NCBI GenBank assembly: GCA_965219445.1
Contig: CBDCNQ010000005.1
Location: 224,001 to 288,000 of the forward strand
DNA length: 64,000 nt
Direction: 5' to 3'
Origin: Longimicrobiales bacterium
GTDB taxonomy: Bacteria > Gemmatimonadota > Gemmatimonadetes > Longimicrobiales > Gaopeijiaceae
Positions 49,097 through 60,122 of the stretch are shown here, one piece after another (within the stretch, counting starts at the first letter, position 1; every line of letters begins with the position of its first letter). The translations under genes and the position numbers were made by a program. Under the pieces are notes generated by a model. That model was not told the origin of the DNA. It saw only the letters and a list, made by a program, of their open reading frames with translations, and ran no database searches.

Positions 49097-50368
49097 CTAC
49101 TGGATCCCCGCGTTCTCGTACCAGACCACGTTTTCGGTGCCGGATCCGATCGAGAGTATGTCCAGCCTTCCATCTCCGTTGATGTCCTTGACATCGAGGC
49201 TCGACACGCTGACCCCTCCCACATCGAGCGGGATGCGCTCCCACGATTCCGAGTTCGGCTGATACCGGTAGATGAAGAGGCCGTAATCTCCCCCTCGGTA
49301 CCCGGCGACGATCTCGTCGTAGCCGTCTCCGTCCAGATCGGCGGCCACCAGCCCATGCCCGCCATTGAACTCGTTCTCGATCACCTCTCTGGACCAGGGG
49401 AGGGCACCGCCATCGTTGGGCGTGTAGACGACCACCTCATTGCCGTGCCACGGCTCGATCGTCGCGAGAAACCGCCCTTGATCCGACCCCAGGGTGCCCA
49501 AGCTCACCTCGCTGGAGCCTCTCTGCGGTCGAGGGCCCTCCTTGCCGGCGCCAACGTGAAGGACATAATCCACTCCCGCCGCCAGAGCTGGACGAAACAG
49601 CAGCACACCTACCCCGCTCGCGGTGAGAATGTCGTCCGCCCTGTCGCCATCCCAGTCCACGACCGCGATGCCATGGGCCACCTCGAGTCGTGAATCGTCC
49701 AATACCGCCGTCTGCCAGGGGCCGGTCGGGTCCGCCGGAATCGAGTGCGACTTGAACTCGGAGGCGCCGATATACTCCGGGCCAGACACACCGACGCCGA
49801 TGATGGGCAGAACCAACAGCTCCTTCCTGCCGTCGCCGTCGATGTCCCCCCATCTGATGCGGTGCGAGGCCGGCACGGCGTCGATCAATCGGATCGTCCA
49901 CTCCTGATTCGTCGTGGGATCGTCCGGCGCCTCGGCCCAATGGACCAGACCCCCGTTGTTCGAGTCGCCCAGGCTGAACTCACTCGCCATCGCCAGGTCG
50001 ACATCGCCGTCCCCATCGACGTCGTAGGGTGCCATGTTGATGAAGCGCTCGGTAGCCGAACTGATGTTGAACTCCTCCCAAGTGGGGTTCTTGTACCAGA
50101 CGAGCTTCGAGCTGGAGAATGCGGTGATGTCGTTGCGGCCGTCCCCATCGATATCGACCACGAGGGCTTGAGAGCCCGAAGGCATTTCGGCAACCATATG
50201 CCTTGTGAAGCTTGGGAACTCTTCCTGCCACGCGGCACCTGACGTCGTGGCATCGGCCGCCCCTCCGTCACCGCCGCCACAAGCCACCAACGCGAGACTG
50301 CCACCACATGCCGCCAACGCGAGAATGACCGGCGGACACACGCGCTTGCTGTTTCCTCTCGTAGTCAC
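49097..50368 (-). CDS. FG-GAP/VCBS repeat lipoprotein
   Basis: Multiple DxDGDGxxD repeats; lipobox-like LVAC. Confidence 0.85.
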   Translation of the reverse strand: MTTRGNSKRVCPPVILALAACGGSLALVACGGGDGGAADATTSGAAWQEEFPSFTRHMVAEMPSGSQALVVDIDGDGRNDITAFSSSKLVWYKNPTWEEFNISSATERFINMAPYDVDGDGDVDLAMASEFSLGDSNNGGLVHWAEAPDDPTTNQEWTIRLIDAVPASHRIRWGDIDGDGRKELLVLPIIGVGVSGPEYIGASEFKSHSIPADPTGPWQTAVLDDSRLEVAHGIAVVDWDGDRADDILTASGVGVLLFRPALAAGVDYVLHVGAGKEGPRPQRGSSEVSLGTLGSDQGRFLATIEPWHGNEVVVYTPNDGGALPWSREVIENEFNGGHGLVAADLDGDGYDEIVAGYRGGDYGLFIYRYQPNSESWERIPLDVGGVSVSSLDVKDINGDGRLDILSIGSGTENVVWYENAGIQ

Positions 50369-50675
50369 GGTGGGAGACTCCCCTGTGAACGATGGATATG
50401 GTCTTGCGCTCTCGAGAACGCCCGGCGTGCGTTGCAGACCCTCAAGGGCATGCAACGAGGCAAGCCGACACGGTCCCCGCATAATGAGCATCCGACAGAA
50501 GTGCGGCAACAGAGGGAGATCCTGGATTCCCGGGATCAATGGCGGTCAGGTATTGGCTTCCCGCCTCGGCGCACCGGCGTGGGATCTCATGTTGACCGTC
50601 TCGGCCCTGCCCCTCACGTTATCCCGACCGGCAAAGGTTTCTTGGGTCCCTGTCCCTAGAGATTGTGGAGGTGAT

Positions 50676-52328
50676 GTGACCAGGCGGCTTCAGATCTTGA
50701 GTCTCTTGCTCCTCGCCTCGGCTTGCCAGGATCGCTCCGGGCGGACGCCCGCGGAGCAGAGCGGCGATCGCGTGGAGGGCATCGACGCCAACTCTCTGAT
50801 GGAGCACGTGCGAACGCTGGCGTCGGATGAATTTGAAGGCCGCGCGCCAGGCTCCGCCGGTGAGGAAAAGACCATCGCGTACCTCACCGAGCAGTTCAGC
50901 ACGCTCGGGCTGATGCCTGGTAACCCTGACGGCACCTGGGTTCAGCAGGTCCCCCTGGTCGGCATCACGCCCTCAGAAGGCAACACGCTCATCGTTCGAG
51001 GCCGAGGTCAGTCGAAGTTCTTTGAGCCGGGTGCGGATTATGTGGCCTCGACCAGACGGGTCGTGGAGCGGGTCGATCTCGACGGTGAGCTCGTCTTCGT
51101 GGGTTACGGTGCGTCCGCGCCCGAATACGACTGGGACGATTACAAGGACGCCGACGTACGGGGCAAGGTGTTGCTCATGCTCGTCAACGACCCGCCCCAC
51201 GAGGAGATTTTCGGCGGCGACGCGATGACGTACTACGGACGCTGGACGTACAAGTACGAAATCGCGTCGGAAATGGGGGCGGCGGGCGCGTTCGTCATTC
51301 ATGAGACCGGGCCTGCCGGCTATCCGTGGGAAGTCATCGGCGGCAGTCCCTTCGGTGAGTCGTTCGATCTGGTCAGCGCCGACAGAAACACGGGGCGAGT
51401 GAGCGTCGAGGGATGGATGCAGCGCGCAACCGTCGAGGAGATCTTTGCGATGGCCGGCCTCGACTTCGAGGAGCAGAAACAGGCTGCCTCGGAGCGTACA
51501 TTCGAGCCGGTTTCGCTGGGTGTCTCTGCGAGTACACGGATCAACAACACCCTGCGCACGATCGACTCGAACAACGTCGTGGCCAAGCTGGAGGGTACCG
51601 AAGCCCCCGATGAGGTGGTCATGTACATGGCTCATTGGGATCACTTGGGGATCGATTCCTCAATCCGCGGCGATCAGATCTTCAATGGTGCTGCAGACAA
51701 CGCGACCGGCACCGCCGGCTTGCTCGAGCTCGCCAACGCGTTCGTTCGGAGCGGTGAGCGACCGCGCCGCAGCATTCTGTGGCTCGCTGCGACGGCGGAG
51801 GAGCAAGGGCTGCTCGGTTCTCGGTACTATGGAGAAAATCCTCTTTATCCTGCGGCCAAGACCGTGGCAGCGATCAATATGGACGTGCTCAACACCTGGG
51901 GTCGTACCCGTGACCTCACGGTCGTTGGACTGGGTCAGTCCGAGTTGGACCAGGTGGCTGCCGAAGTTGCCCGCCAGCAGGGTCGGGTCTTGATGCCCGA
52001 CCCGGAACCGGGAAAGGGCTTCTACTACCGGTCCGATCACTTCTCACTCGCCAAGGTCGGCATCCCGGCCTTCTACGCCGATGGCGGAGTGGATTTTCTC
52101 GGGAAGCCGCAAGGATACGGCATCGAGAAGCGCGAGCAGTACACGGCCGAGGACTATCACAAGGTCTCCGACGAGGTGAAGGATGACTGGGACCTGTCGG
52201 GTGCGGTCGAGGACCTCAGTTTCTTCTACCGTATGGGCCGTCGCCTCGCCACGGGTACGGCGTGGCCCGCGTGGAGCGAGACGAGCGAGTTCCGGGCGGT
52301 CCGTGAAGCGCAGATGGGCCCGCCCTAG
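50676..52328 (+). CDS. M28-family peptidase with a PA domain
   Basis: AHWDH, GAADNATG, AEEQGLLGS, RSDH, YH. Confidence 0.92.
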   Translation: MTRRLQILSLLLLASACQDRSGRTPAEQSGDRVEGIDANSLMEHVRTLASDEFEGRAPGSAGEEKTIAYLTEQFSTLGLMPGNPDGTWVQQVPLVGITPSEGNTLIVRGRGQSKFFEPGADYVASTRRVVERVDLDGELVFVGYGASAPEYDWDDYKDADVRGKVLLMLVNDPPHEEIFGGDAMTYYGRWTYKYEIASEMGAAGAFVIHETGPAGYPWEVIGGSPFGESFDLVSADRNTGRVSVEGWMQRATVEEIFAMAGLDFEEQKQAASERTFEPVSLGVSASTRINNTLRTIDSNNVVAKLEGTEAPDEVVMYMAHWDHLGIDSSIRGDQIFNGAADNATGTAGLLELANAFVRSGERPRRSILWLAATAEEQGLLGSRYYGENPLYPAAKTVAAINMDVLNTWGRTRDLTVVGLGQSELDQVAAEVARQQGRVLMPDPEPGKGFYYRSDHFSLAKVGIPAFYADGGVDFLGKPQGYGIEKREQYTAEDYHKVSDEVKDDWDLSGAVEDLSFFYRMGRRLATGTAWPAWSETSEFRAVREAQMGPP

Positions 52329-52437
52329 ACGACTGTAGGGGGCGCTCCATGAGCGCCGCCTGACCATAACGTAGCTTGCCGCCCCACACCCCTTAGACGC
52401 CTATTGACCGCCATGTCCGATGCCGCCACCCGCCCGG

Positions 52438-52956
52438 CTAAAAGGGCTTGTAGAACGTCAGCAGGCGGCCATAGGTGATGATCCCCAGCCAAAGGATCAG
52501 GGAGATTCCACCGATAAGTCTGGCTCTCATCGGCGCGTGCTCCCCGGCCTTCACGCCCTCCACATCACGATAGGCTACTAGGTAGAAGACCAGAAGGTTG
52601 ATCCCGCTCAGCAACATGAACAGCATCTTGAATGCAAATGCTGCGTTGTAGATGAAATCGGCCGGCGTACCCACGAAGAACAGGGTGCCGGTGATGAGGT
52701 TGATTCCGAAGCCAAGAACACCGATGGGGACGAGCTGATGGAGGGTGGACGGCTGCAGATTCTTGGCGAACCCGAGCAAACGCAAATCGAATAGTCCCAC
52801 AGTTCCGATCAATAGCGAGAGTCCCAGGAAGTGAAGGGACTCCATCGCCTGCCACAAATACTGGTTACCGGTGACGAACGACGACAGCGCCGTGCCTTGC
52901 AGCCAAAGCTCCAGGGATTCGAGCATTTCGAGGGACTCGAGAAAGCTGGTCATCAC
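52438..52956 (-). CDS. DUF6644-like membrane protein
   Basis: ESLHFLG..FDLRLLG, four TMs. Confidence 0.75.
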   Translation of the reverse strand: MMTSFLESLEMLESLELWLQGTALSSFVTGNQYLWQAMESLHFLGLSLLIGTVGLFDLRLLGFAKNLQPSTLHQLVPIGVLGFGINLITGTLFFVGTPADFIYNAAFAFKMLFMLLSGINLLVFYLVAYRDVEGVKAGEHAPMRARLIGGISLILWLGIITYGRLLTFYKPF

Positions 52957-53459
52957 TGGAGAAAGAGCATGTCTTCGCTCGTCAGCACGGTATAGGTATA
53001 CGCCAGCAAGCGCCCTGCCGTGATTACGGAAACCCAGAGAAGAAGCGACATGCCCGCCAGGATCTTTGCCTTTTTCGGAATGAGGTCATTCGAGCCGGGG
53101 CTGCGCACGTGGGTTTGTAGCCGCCACAGGACGATCAGGGCAAGCGCAATGAGCGTCAGTTTGACGTAGAAGACCGGGTTCGTGAAGGCTTTTACGGGAT
53201 AGGCGATCAAGAGCGCGCTACCGGACAGAGCGTTGACCACGAGGCCGAACCACATGAGGGGGAAAACCCTTTCCATGGACCGGAGGGGTATGGATTCGGC
53301 GAGGCCGAGGATTCTGAAATCGAGTGCGGCATTCATTCCCACAAGAAACGCCATGCCGATGGCGTGCAGGACCAGCGGCACCGGAAACGCCCACATGGAA
53401 GGTGACTCGCGGAGCCAGGTACCGTAGGCAGTCTGTTCGACCCAGATAAGGATATCCAT
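52953..53459 (-). CDS. DUF6644-like membrane protein
   Basis: LHAIG..DFRILG; paralogous to its neighbour. Confidence 0.75.
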   Translation of the reverse strand: MDILIWVEQTAYGTWLRESPSMWAFPVPLVLHAIGMAFLVGMNAALDFRILGLAESIPLRSMERVFPLMWFGLVVNALSGSALLIAYPVKAFTNPVFYVKLTLIALALIVLWRLQTHVRSPGSNDLIPKKAKILAGMSLLLWVSVITAGRLLAYTYTVLTSEDMLFLQ

Positions 53460-53725
53460 TTCGACATTCCGTTGGGTGTGATCGCGGCCACGTTATCGGA
53501 AGCTGCGGGGAAGATCAACGTGGTGGAGCGAGCCAACGCTGATCAGACTCGCGTACGCCGTCGAACACGCCACGCGTATTCGGCGGCCCGGACCAGCACA
53601 CCGCCGCTGTCAGTTGAACGCGGTCTGATCCGGAGTGCGCCCGTGCCCGATCCGGTGACTCGTCTGAACCCGCAGTAGCCCGGGGGAGGTTGCACTGGCG
53701 TTTCCCGTGCAAGAGCTTCAGCACC

Positions 53726-54427
53726 ATGACCCAGCGACTAATGAGCCCGGACCAGTTCGGTGAGTGTGATCGAGCTGGCCGAGAGAAGAAGGAGTTGGCG
53801 CCGCTTCCGTGGCAGAAGAGGATGCTGGACGTTACCCTTTCGTTGGGCCTTCTTCTCTTGTTCTCCCCAGTGATCGTCCTGATCGTCGTGATGATCTTGT
53901 TGGAGGGACTGGTTCGACCCGCCTGTAGAGGCCCTATCCTCCTCTCGGAGCCTCGGGGGTCCGAAGGGGGAGTCTTCAGAATCCCCAAGTTCCGGATTAT
54001 TCGGATGGACGCCTACCGAAGGATCTCCAGTGAGCAGAAGCACCTTCATATCAAACCGATGGAACGGGTGCCCGAGAACCTCACGACGGTAGGCCGGTTC
54101 TTGAAAAAGATCTATCTCGACGAGCTTCCTCAACTCTTCTCGATTCTGAAGGGTGACATGAGCTTCGTCGGTCCCCGGCCCTGGCCGCTCGAGCCCTACT
54201 ACGACGAACTCGAGCGCGGCATCCTCAGGAAGAAGCTGATTAGGTCTGGGCTCACGGGACTGGTGCAGGTGAACAAGGGAAATCCGGACTCGCCCGACGA
54301 GTGGACCCTCGACTACGCCTACATCGGATTCATGGCGTCGAGCCGAAGCGGTTGGGTGAAGGTCGGGCTCGACTTCAAGATCCTGTTCTGGTCCATCAGG
54401 ACCGTCCTTCAGGCCAAGGGTCTCTAA
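53726..54427 (+). CDS. Bacterial sugar transferase (phosphoglycosyl transferase)
   Basis: KRMLD, KFR, LDELPQL..GDMSFVGPRP, GLTGLVQV. Confidence 0.9.
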   Translation: MTQRLMSPDQFGECDRAGREKKELAPLPWQKRMLDVTLSLGLLLLFSPVIVLIVVMILLEGLVRPACRGPILLSEPRGSEGGVFRIPKFRIIRMDAYRRISSEQKHLHIKPMERVPENLTTVGRFLKKIYLDELPQLFSILKGDMSFVGPRPWPLEPYYDELERGILRKKLIRSGLTGLVQVNKGNPDSPDEWTLDYAYIGFMASSRSGWVKVGLDFKILFWSIRTVLQAKGL

Positions 54428-54833
54428 TCGCCCACGCGCACCTCTCTTACTTGCGCCGGCGTACCGTCCCCCTCCTCGATCGTATCATCACCCCGCGGTA
54501 GGATGGTTTGCCCACCCCGCCGAATCGCGGCTGTGGCGTAGTGATGCTCAGGGCGCTCGGCAGCCAACTGCCTCAAGGACTTGCCGGCGATGCGGGCACC
54601 CTCTCTGACCTTGAGACCGATCAAGTGGACACGTCCGTCAGCAAACGACGCGACGTCCGTGGCGACCTCGCTGCTCCGTTACCGACCACCGTCATGATGT
54701 CGAGCCGATTTCCGACGTCCTCGGCGCGCGCCGCGCTGGAGTCGATCAGCACAACGTCCTGAGTCTCTTCCGATAAGCGTTCGGCAAGGTGGAAACCGAC
54801 CTCACCGCCACCAACTACGATCACCAAACTCAT
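54424..54833 (-). pseudogene. trkA: TrkA potassium-uptake regulator remnant with internal deletions
   Basis: VGGGEVG N-domain and AIRRGG..IL-PRGDDTIEEGD RCK_C in different frames; far shorter than TrkA. Confidence 0.7.
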
Positions 54834-55005
54834 GGGTTCTCCGTATTCACGAGCCGGTTCGGGGGCGGTCGGAAGCTACAAATGGCGGCACTGCCCGCGT
54901 GCCGCCGATCTACCTCAAGGCAGGAGATCGAACGGCGTGCACGGTCGAAGGGATCGGCACTCTAAGCAACACCGTAGAGGCTCTGAGCACCGACCCCTAG
55001 CGGCC

Positions 55006-55806
55006 TCAGTAGTGGTCGTACCCCTCGGTCAGCTCGATGCGGACACCCGATGGGTCCGTGAGGTAGGCGATGTTGAGCTGAAGGGCGTCGATCACGCGGA
55101 AATCCGTTTCGAACTCGATGCCCTTCGCCTTGAGCTGCTCAGTGTACGCCTGGAGGTTGTCGACTTCGAACCCGATGTGGTCGATCGCTCGCCCACGGGT
55201 GGGAGCCATCGCCTCGTCCGCGCCGCCGAAGCTCAGGTTCATGCCCGGTACGTTGGTGGTCGTCAGGATCCTGCCGCGCGGTCGCATCTCGAGCCCGAAG
55301 ACGTCGAGATACCAGTCGAGCAGTTCCTCGTGCCCTGGTGTGCGGAAGTGGATGTGATAGCCCGAGACCTCCACCGGCAGCATCTGGTCTTCCTGCAGCT
55401 CGATCCGGGCGCCATCCGGCATCGTCACGAAGGCGTTTGCCTGACCTTCCGAGCCGTTAAACTCCGAATCGACCGAACGACCGGCGGCGCGCCACTTGGC
55501 CAGGAACTTCTCCATGCTCCGGACTTTGAAGCCGAAGTGATCCATCCCCGAGCCCAGCGATCCGCCGGTCGGCGCACGTGAGCTGAGCGCCACCAGGAGC
55601 CCGGGAAGCCGCACGGCGATGAGTGAACCCTTTTGCGTCACTACACCGCCGAAGTGCTCCACCCACAACTGCTTGTGCAGCTCGACGTCAGTGACGTTCA
55701 GGTGCACATGGCCGTAGGTCAGACCAGCCTCGTTGGGCACGGCGAGCTGGGCATGAGCCGGCGAGACGAGTGACATCAGAGCGACGACAGTTAGTAGCAT
55801 CCTCAT
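55006..55806 (-). CDS. VOC/glyoxalase-family secreted protein
   Basis: GHVHL, DHFGF, DHIGF, DPSGVRIEL. Confidence 0.88.
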   Translation of the reverse strand: MRMLLTVVALMSLVSPAHAQLAVPNEAGLTYGHVHLNVTDVELHKQLWVEHFGGVVTQKGSLIAVRLPGLLVALSSRAPTGGSLGSGMDHFGFKVRSMEKFLAKWRAAGRSVDSEFNGSEGQANAFVTMPDGARIELQEDQMLPVEVSGYHIHFRTPGHEELLDWYLDVFGLEMRPRGRILTTTNVPGMNLSFGGADEAMAPTRGRAIDHIGFEVDNLQAYTEQLKAKGIEFETDFRVIDALQLNIAYLTDPSGVRIELTEGYDHY

Positions 55807-56047
55807 GGTTCGATCCTCCTCGGTGGCCAAGCGCCACAGTACGGTCTTCCGGAGCGAGGCCCTTCAAGGCCTCATCCTGTTTCGTCGGGCTTCCATTGTA
55901 ACGGGTCATGCGTCTCCCGACAGGGGGTCCGCGCGAACCCCTCGGCGGTAGGTGGATGCCAGCTGTTGCTCACCCGGATGCTCAGCGCCTACAATGGGGC
56001 TGGTTTCTGTCGGGAAAACCATTCGAACAGACAGCGCAGGAGGACAC

Positions 56048-58078
56048 ATGACTCGGACGATCGCAGCTCTTCTGACGGTGTTGTGCCTGGTCACGTCGAC
56101 CGCCGATGCGGAAATCGTGCGGATCGAAGTGCGCTCCAGGACGGATCTGGCCGGTGGCAAGTTGTTCGGATTGGCCGGGTCGTACGAGAGACTGATCGGC
56201 ACCATCTACTTCGCGGTCGACCCTGACAATCCGGCCAACCGGATCATCACGGACATCGCGTTCGCGCCCAGGAATGCCGACGGCATGGTCGAGTTCCACT
56301 CCGACTTCTTCTTGATCAAGCCCAAGGATGTGGAGCGCGGCAACGGCACGCTTCTGTACGAAGTGTCGAATCGTGGTGGGAAGGGCATGCTGCGTTACTT
56401 CAACCGCGCCGCCGGGAGCCTGGCCCCGCTGACCGAAGAGGAGATGGGCGACGGCCTCCTGCTGAGCAACGGTTTCACGCTTCTCTGGCTGGGCTGGCAG
56501 TTCGATCCACCACCTGATCGGGACGGGCTCGTGCGGCTGTTCACGCAAGTTGCAACCGACGGCGTGACCGCGATCGAGGGGCTGGTCCGAAGCGAAGTCG
56601 TCGTGCAGGAGCGCGAGTTCGACCGATCCCTGGCGGACCGGAGCCATATGGCATACGCCGTCGCCGACCCAAACGACGCGGCGAACATGATGACGGTGCG
56701 TGATGGTGTGGATCAACCGCGCCGGGTGGTTCCTCGGATCCAATGGAGATTCGCTCGCTTGGAGAACGGGCAGGTCGTGCCGGACCGGACCCGCGTCTAC
56801 CTCGAGGGCGGATTCGAACCCCACAAGATCTACGACGTCGTCTACAAGGCACAGGATCCACCGCTGGTCGGCTTGGGTCCGGCAGCCGTCCGAGACGCAG
56901 TGGCGCTGTTCAAGTATGGCGCGGTGGAAGAGCTCTCGATCCCGGCCGGTGCCATCGACCGCGCAGTGGCTTGGGGGGTCTCGCAGAGCGGCCGGTTCCT
57001 ACGGACGTTCCTGTACTACGGATTCAATGAAACCGAGGACCACCGCAAGGCGTTCGACGGCGTCATGTCGCACGTTGCCGGTGGCGGCCGCGGCAGCTTC
57101 AACCACCGGTTCGCCCAGGCGTCCCGCGACGGCCATCCTTACCTGAACAAGCTGTATCCGACGGACATCTTCCCCTTTACAGACGTCGCACAGACCGACC
57201 TCGAGACCGGAATGCGGGGTGGACTCCTGGACCGCGTGGAGCCGGCGTTCATGCCGAAGATCTTCTACACGAACTCGTCGTACGAGTACTGGGGACGTGC
57301 GGCCTCGCTGATCCATACGTCCATCGATGGCACACAGGACAGTCCGTTGATGGACAACGTGCGAATCTATTCCTTTGCCGGCGGGCAGCACGGCCCGGGC
57401 AGCTTCCCACCGGTGCAACGGAGCGGCCAGGAGCTCAGCAACCCCAACGACTATTCTTGGTTCATGCGTAGCCTGCTGCTGGCCATGAACCGCTGGGCCG
57501 CCGACGACTCACCACCGCCGGCGAGCAACTACCCGCGGATCAGCGACGGCGATCTGGTACTCCCCGAGCAGCTGGACTTCCCGCAGCTGCCGGGTGTGGG
57601 CCAGCCCGCTGTGCCGCATTTGGCCTACCGGGTGGACTACGGTCCCGAGTTTGCCACCAGGGGCATCGTCACAGTCGAGCCTCCGGAGGTAGCCTCGGCG
57701 TTTCCGATCCTGGTTCCGCAAGTCGATGCCGACGGCAACGAAACGGGTGGCCTGAAGATGCCGGAAGTCGCGGTGCCGCTGGCTACCTACACCGGGTGGA
57801 ATCTGTTCCAGTCCGAATTTGGACCCGAAGACGTGCTGTCCAGCATGCAGGGCTCCTATATTCCGTTCCCTCGGACGACCGTCGACGGGCAGCGGAGCAG
57901 CGATCCGAGACGTGCCATCGAGGAACGCTATCGCAGCCGCGAGCAATACGTGGGCCTCGTGTCGGATGCGGCGCTCCGACTCATCGACGAGGGCTACCTG
58001 CTCGCCGAAGACCTGGCACCGATTCTGGACCGGGCCGGCGAGCATTGGAGTTACCTCATGGAGGCGGGGACCAACTAG
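56048..58078 (+). CDS. Secreted alpha/beta hydrolase domain protein
   Basis: GVSQSGRFLR nucleophile motif, EYWGRAASL, VDADGNE. Confidence 0.85.
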   Translation: MTRTIAALLTVLCLVTSTADAEIVRIEVRSRTDLAGGKLFGLAGSYERLIGTIYFAVDPDNPANRIITDIAFAPRNADGMVEFHSDFFLIKPKDVERGNGTLLYEVSNRGGKGMLRYFNRAAGSLAPLTEEEMGDGLLLSNGFTLLWLGWQFDPPPDRDGLVRLFTQVATDGVTAIEGLVRSEVVVQEREFDRSLADRSHMAYAVADPNDAANMMTVRDGVDQPRRVVPRIQWRFARLENGQVVPDRTRVYLEGGFEPHKIYDVVYKAQDPPLVGLGPAAVRDAVALFKYGAVEELSIPAGAIDRAVAWGVSQSGRFLRTFLYYGFNETEDHRKAFDGVMSHVAGGGRGSFNHRFAQASRDGHPYLNKLYPTDIFPFTDVAQTDLETGMRGGLLDRVEPAFMPKIFYTNSSYEYWGRAASLIHTSIDGTQDSPLMDNVRIYSFAGGQHGPGSFPPVQRSGQELSNPNDYSWFMRSLLLAMNRWAADDSPPPASNYPRISDGDLVLPEQLDFPQLPGVGQPAVPHLAYRVDYGPEFATRGIVTVEPPEVASAFPILVPQVDADGNETGGLKMPEVAVPLATYTGWNLFQSEFGPEDVLSSMQGSYIPFPRTTVDGQRSSDPRRAIEERYRSREQYVGLVSDAALRLIDEGYLLAEDLAPILDRAGEHWSYLMEAGTN

Positions 58079-58113
58079 CCCAGAAGGACCAGACGGAGGT
58101 CTGAAACGGCCGT

Positions 58114-59388
58114 CTACGGGGACCGGTAGACGACGCCCTCCTTCATGACGAAGTCGACTCGCTCCATAACCGAGATGTCGGCGCTAGGGTCGCCTGGTAC
58201 CGCGACAATATCCGCGATCTTGCCCGGCGCAACTGTGCCGAGCTGATCTTCCATGCCGAGTACCATGGCCGCTGTCAGCGTCGCCGACCGAATCGTTTCC
58301 AGAGCGGGAATGCCCGCTTCAACCATGAGTCCGAACTCTTGACCATTGGTGCCATGCGGGGGAACCCCGGCGTCCGTTCCGAACGCAATTTTGACGCCCG
58401 CCGCGTATGCCCGTATGACGGTTCCCATGAGCATGGGTCCGATGGCCGCGGCTTTCACCCGAATCATCTCCGGAAAGAAGCCCTCGATTTCGGCTTGCTC
58501 AGCCACGAACCTGCCGGCACTGATCGTGGGGACGAGGTAGGCGCCATACTCCTTCATGAGTTCGATCCCTTCGTCGTCCATTAGCGAGCCATGATCGATG
58601 GTGCGGACACCTGCTCGGATCGCGCGCTTGATTCCCTCAGCACCGTGTGCATGGGCCGCTACGTGGAACCCGTAATCGCTCGCGGTCTGCACGATCGCAC
58701 GGATTTCCTCTTCCGTCAGCTGGGGGCCGTCGCCGTTTGGAGCGAGGCTCAGTACCCCTCCAGTGGCGGGAATCTTGATGAGATCTGCGCCCTCCTTATA
58801 CCGTTGCCGCACCGCCTGCCGCGCCTCATCCGGGTTGTTGATGATCCCCTCCGTCGGGCCAGCGCTACCCCTGAGGTCGCTCCGCCAGCCATTGGTTGGA
58901 TCCATGTGACTGCCGGTCGAGCTAACCCGACCCGCCTGGAAGATCCGTGGGCCTGGGATTCGGCCCTCTTTGATGGCGTCGCGCAATGCTCGGCCCACCA
59001 CGTTGCCCAGGTCACGAACGGTCGTGAACCCGGCCATCAAAGTCCTTTCTGCGTTTCCAACACTGCGAAACGCATAGTCCGCAGGATCTAATGTGAACCG
59101 CTCGACGGTTCTATTCGGACTCTGTTCAGAAGACAGATGAACATGAAGATCGATCAGACCCGGCATACAGGTCTGGTTACGGAGATCGACAACGGTTGAG
59201 TTGGGATTGGATGGAGCGAAGCCCTCACTCACGCTAGCGATTCGTCCGTCTTGTACGACGATCGTGCGTTCGCCGCGTACGGCGAGCGCCTCCGCATCGA
59301 TCAAGGAGCCACAGTGAAGCACAGTGGTTTGAGCGCCGAGTCCTCCAGCAATGGCAAAAAGCGCGAAACCTCCGAGAGCGAAACGCAT
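58114..59388 (-). CDS. Metal-dependent amidohydrolase (prolidase-like)
   Basis: PGLIDLHVH, AAHAHG, DHG, FGTDAG. Confidence 0.92.
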   Translation of the reverse strand: MRFALGGFALFAIAGGLGAQTTVLHCGSLIDAEALAVRGERTIVVQDGRIASVSEGFAPSNPNSTVVDLRNQTCMPGLIDLHVHLSSEQSPNRTVERFTLDPADYAFRSVGNAERTLMAGFTTVRDLGNVVGRALRDAIKEGRIPGPRIFQAGRVSSTGSHMDPTNGWRSDLRGSAGPTEGIINNPDEARQAVRQRYKEGADLIKIPATGGVLSLAPNGDGPQLTEEEIRAIVQTASDYGFHVAAHAHGAEGIKRAIRAGVRTIDHGSLMDDEGIELMKEYGAYLVPTISAGRFVAEQAEIEGFFPEMIRVKAAAIGPMLMGTVIRAYAAGVKIAFGTDAGVPPHGTNGQEFGLMVEAGIPALETIRSATLTAAMVLGMEDQLGTVAPGKIADIVAVPGDPSADISVMERVDFVMKEGVVYRSP

Positions 59389-59576
59389 GGAAATCTCCTT
59401 GGAATCGTTGCAGTCGAATTGAGAGCCTACCGACGTCGGTTCGACGAACTCGCGACTCTGCTGTGGGGCTACGATGCCGAGCTGTGACGGGGATCAAAGT
59501 ACCACCCACCTCCTCCATGTCATATGATTCGGGCTCTCACGTCACTTATCTCTAAGGATGGATCAGCAACGTTTGG

Positions 59577-60122
59577 ATGAGTTCGTCCGAACTGACGCCC
59601 GAGGAGCTGGAGGCTCAGCTCGAGCAGTTGCACGCAGACAGTTTCGGGTGGGCGTTGAGTTGCTGTGGATGGGACGAAGCAGACGCTGAGGACGTTCTGC
59701 AAACGACGTATCTGAGGGTGGTTTCGCGGCGTGCGCGCTTCGGCGGCAAGTCCGCGTTCAAGACGTGGCTCTTCGGCGTAATCCGGCAGACGGCCCGTGA
59801 GCATTTGAGGCGGGCGCTCTCTCACCGGGAGCGGGTCGAGAGACTGGAACAGGAGATCGCGTCCGGAGATAGAGCTGTGGCGCAACCGGACGAACAGGTG
59901 GAACGCTCGGAGACTGGTAACGCGCTGCTCGAGGCCATGGCGGCGCTGGCGCCGAAGCAACGTGAGGTGCTGCACTTGGTGTTCTACCAAGACCTTACGG
60001 TCCGCGAGGCGGCCGAGGTGATGGGGGTATCCCTGGGCACGGCCCGGGTGCATTATGACCGAGGAAAGAAGAGGCTGAAGGCCCTTCTCTCCGATGAGGA
60101 AGTAGGCGGAGGATCTCCGTAA
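59577..60122 (+). CDS. ECF sigma factor
   Basis: DAEDVLQ, FKTWL, region-4 HTH. Confidence 0.92.
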   Translation: MSSSELTPEELEAQLEQLHADSFGWALSCCGWDEADAEDVLQTTYLRVVSRRARFGGKSAFKTWLFGVIRQTAREHLRRALSHRERVERLEQEIASGDRAVAQPDEQVERSETGNALLEAMAALAPKQREVLHLVFYQDLTVREAAEVMGVSLGTARVHYDRGKKRLKALLSDEEVGGGSP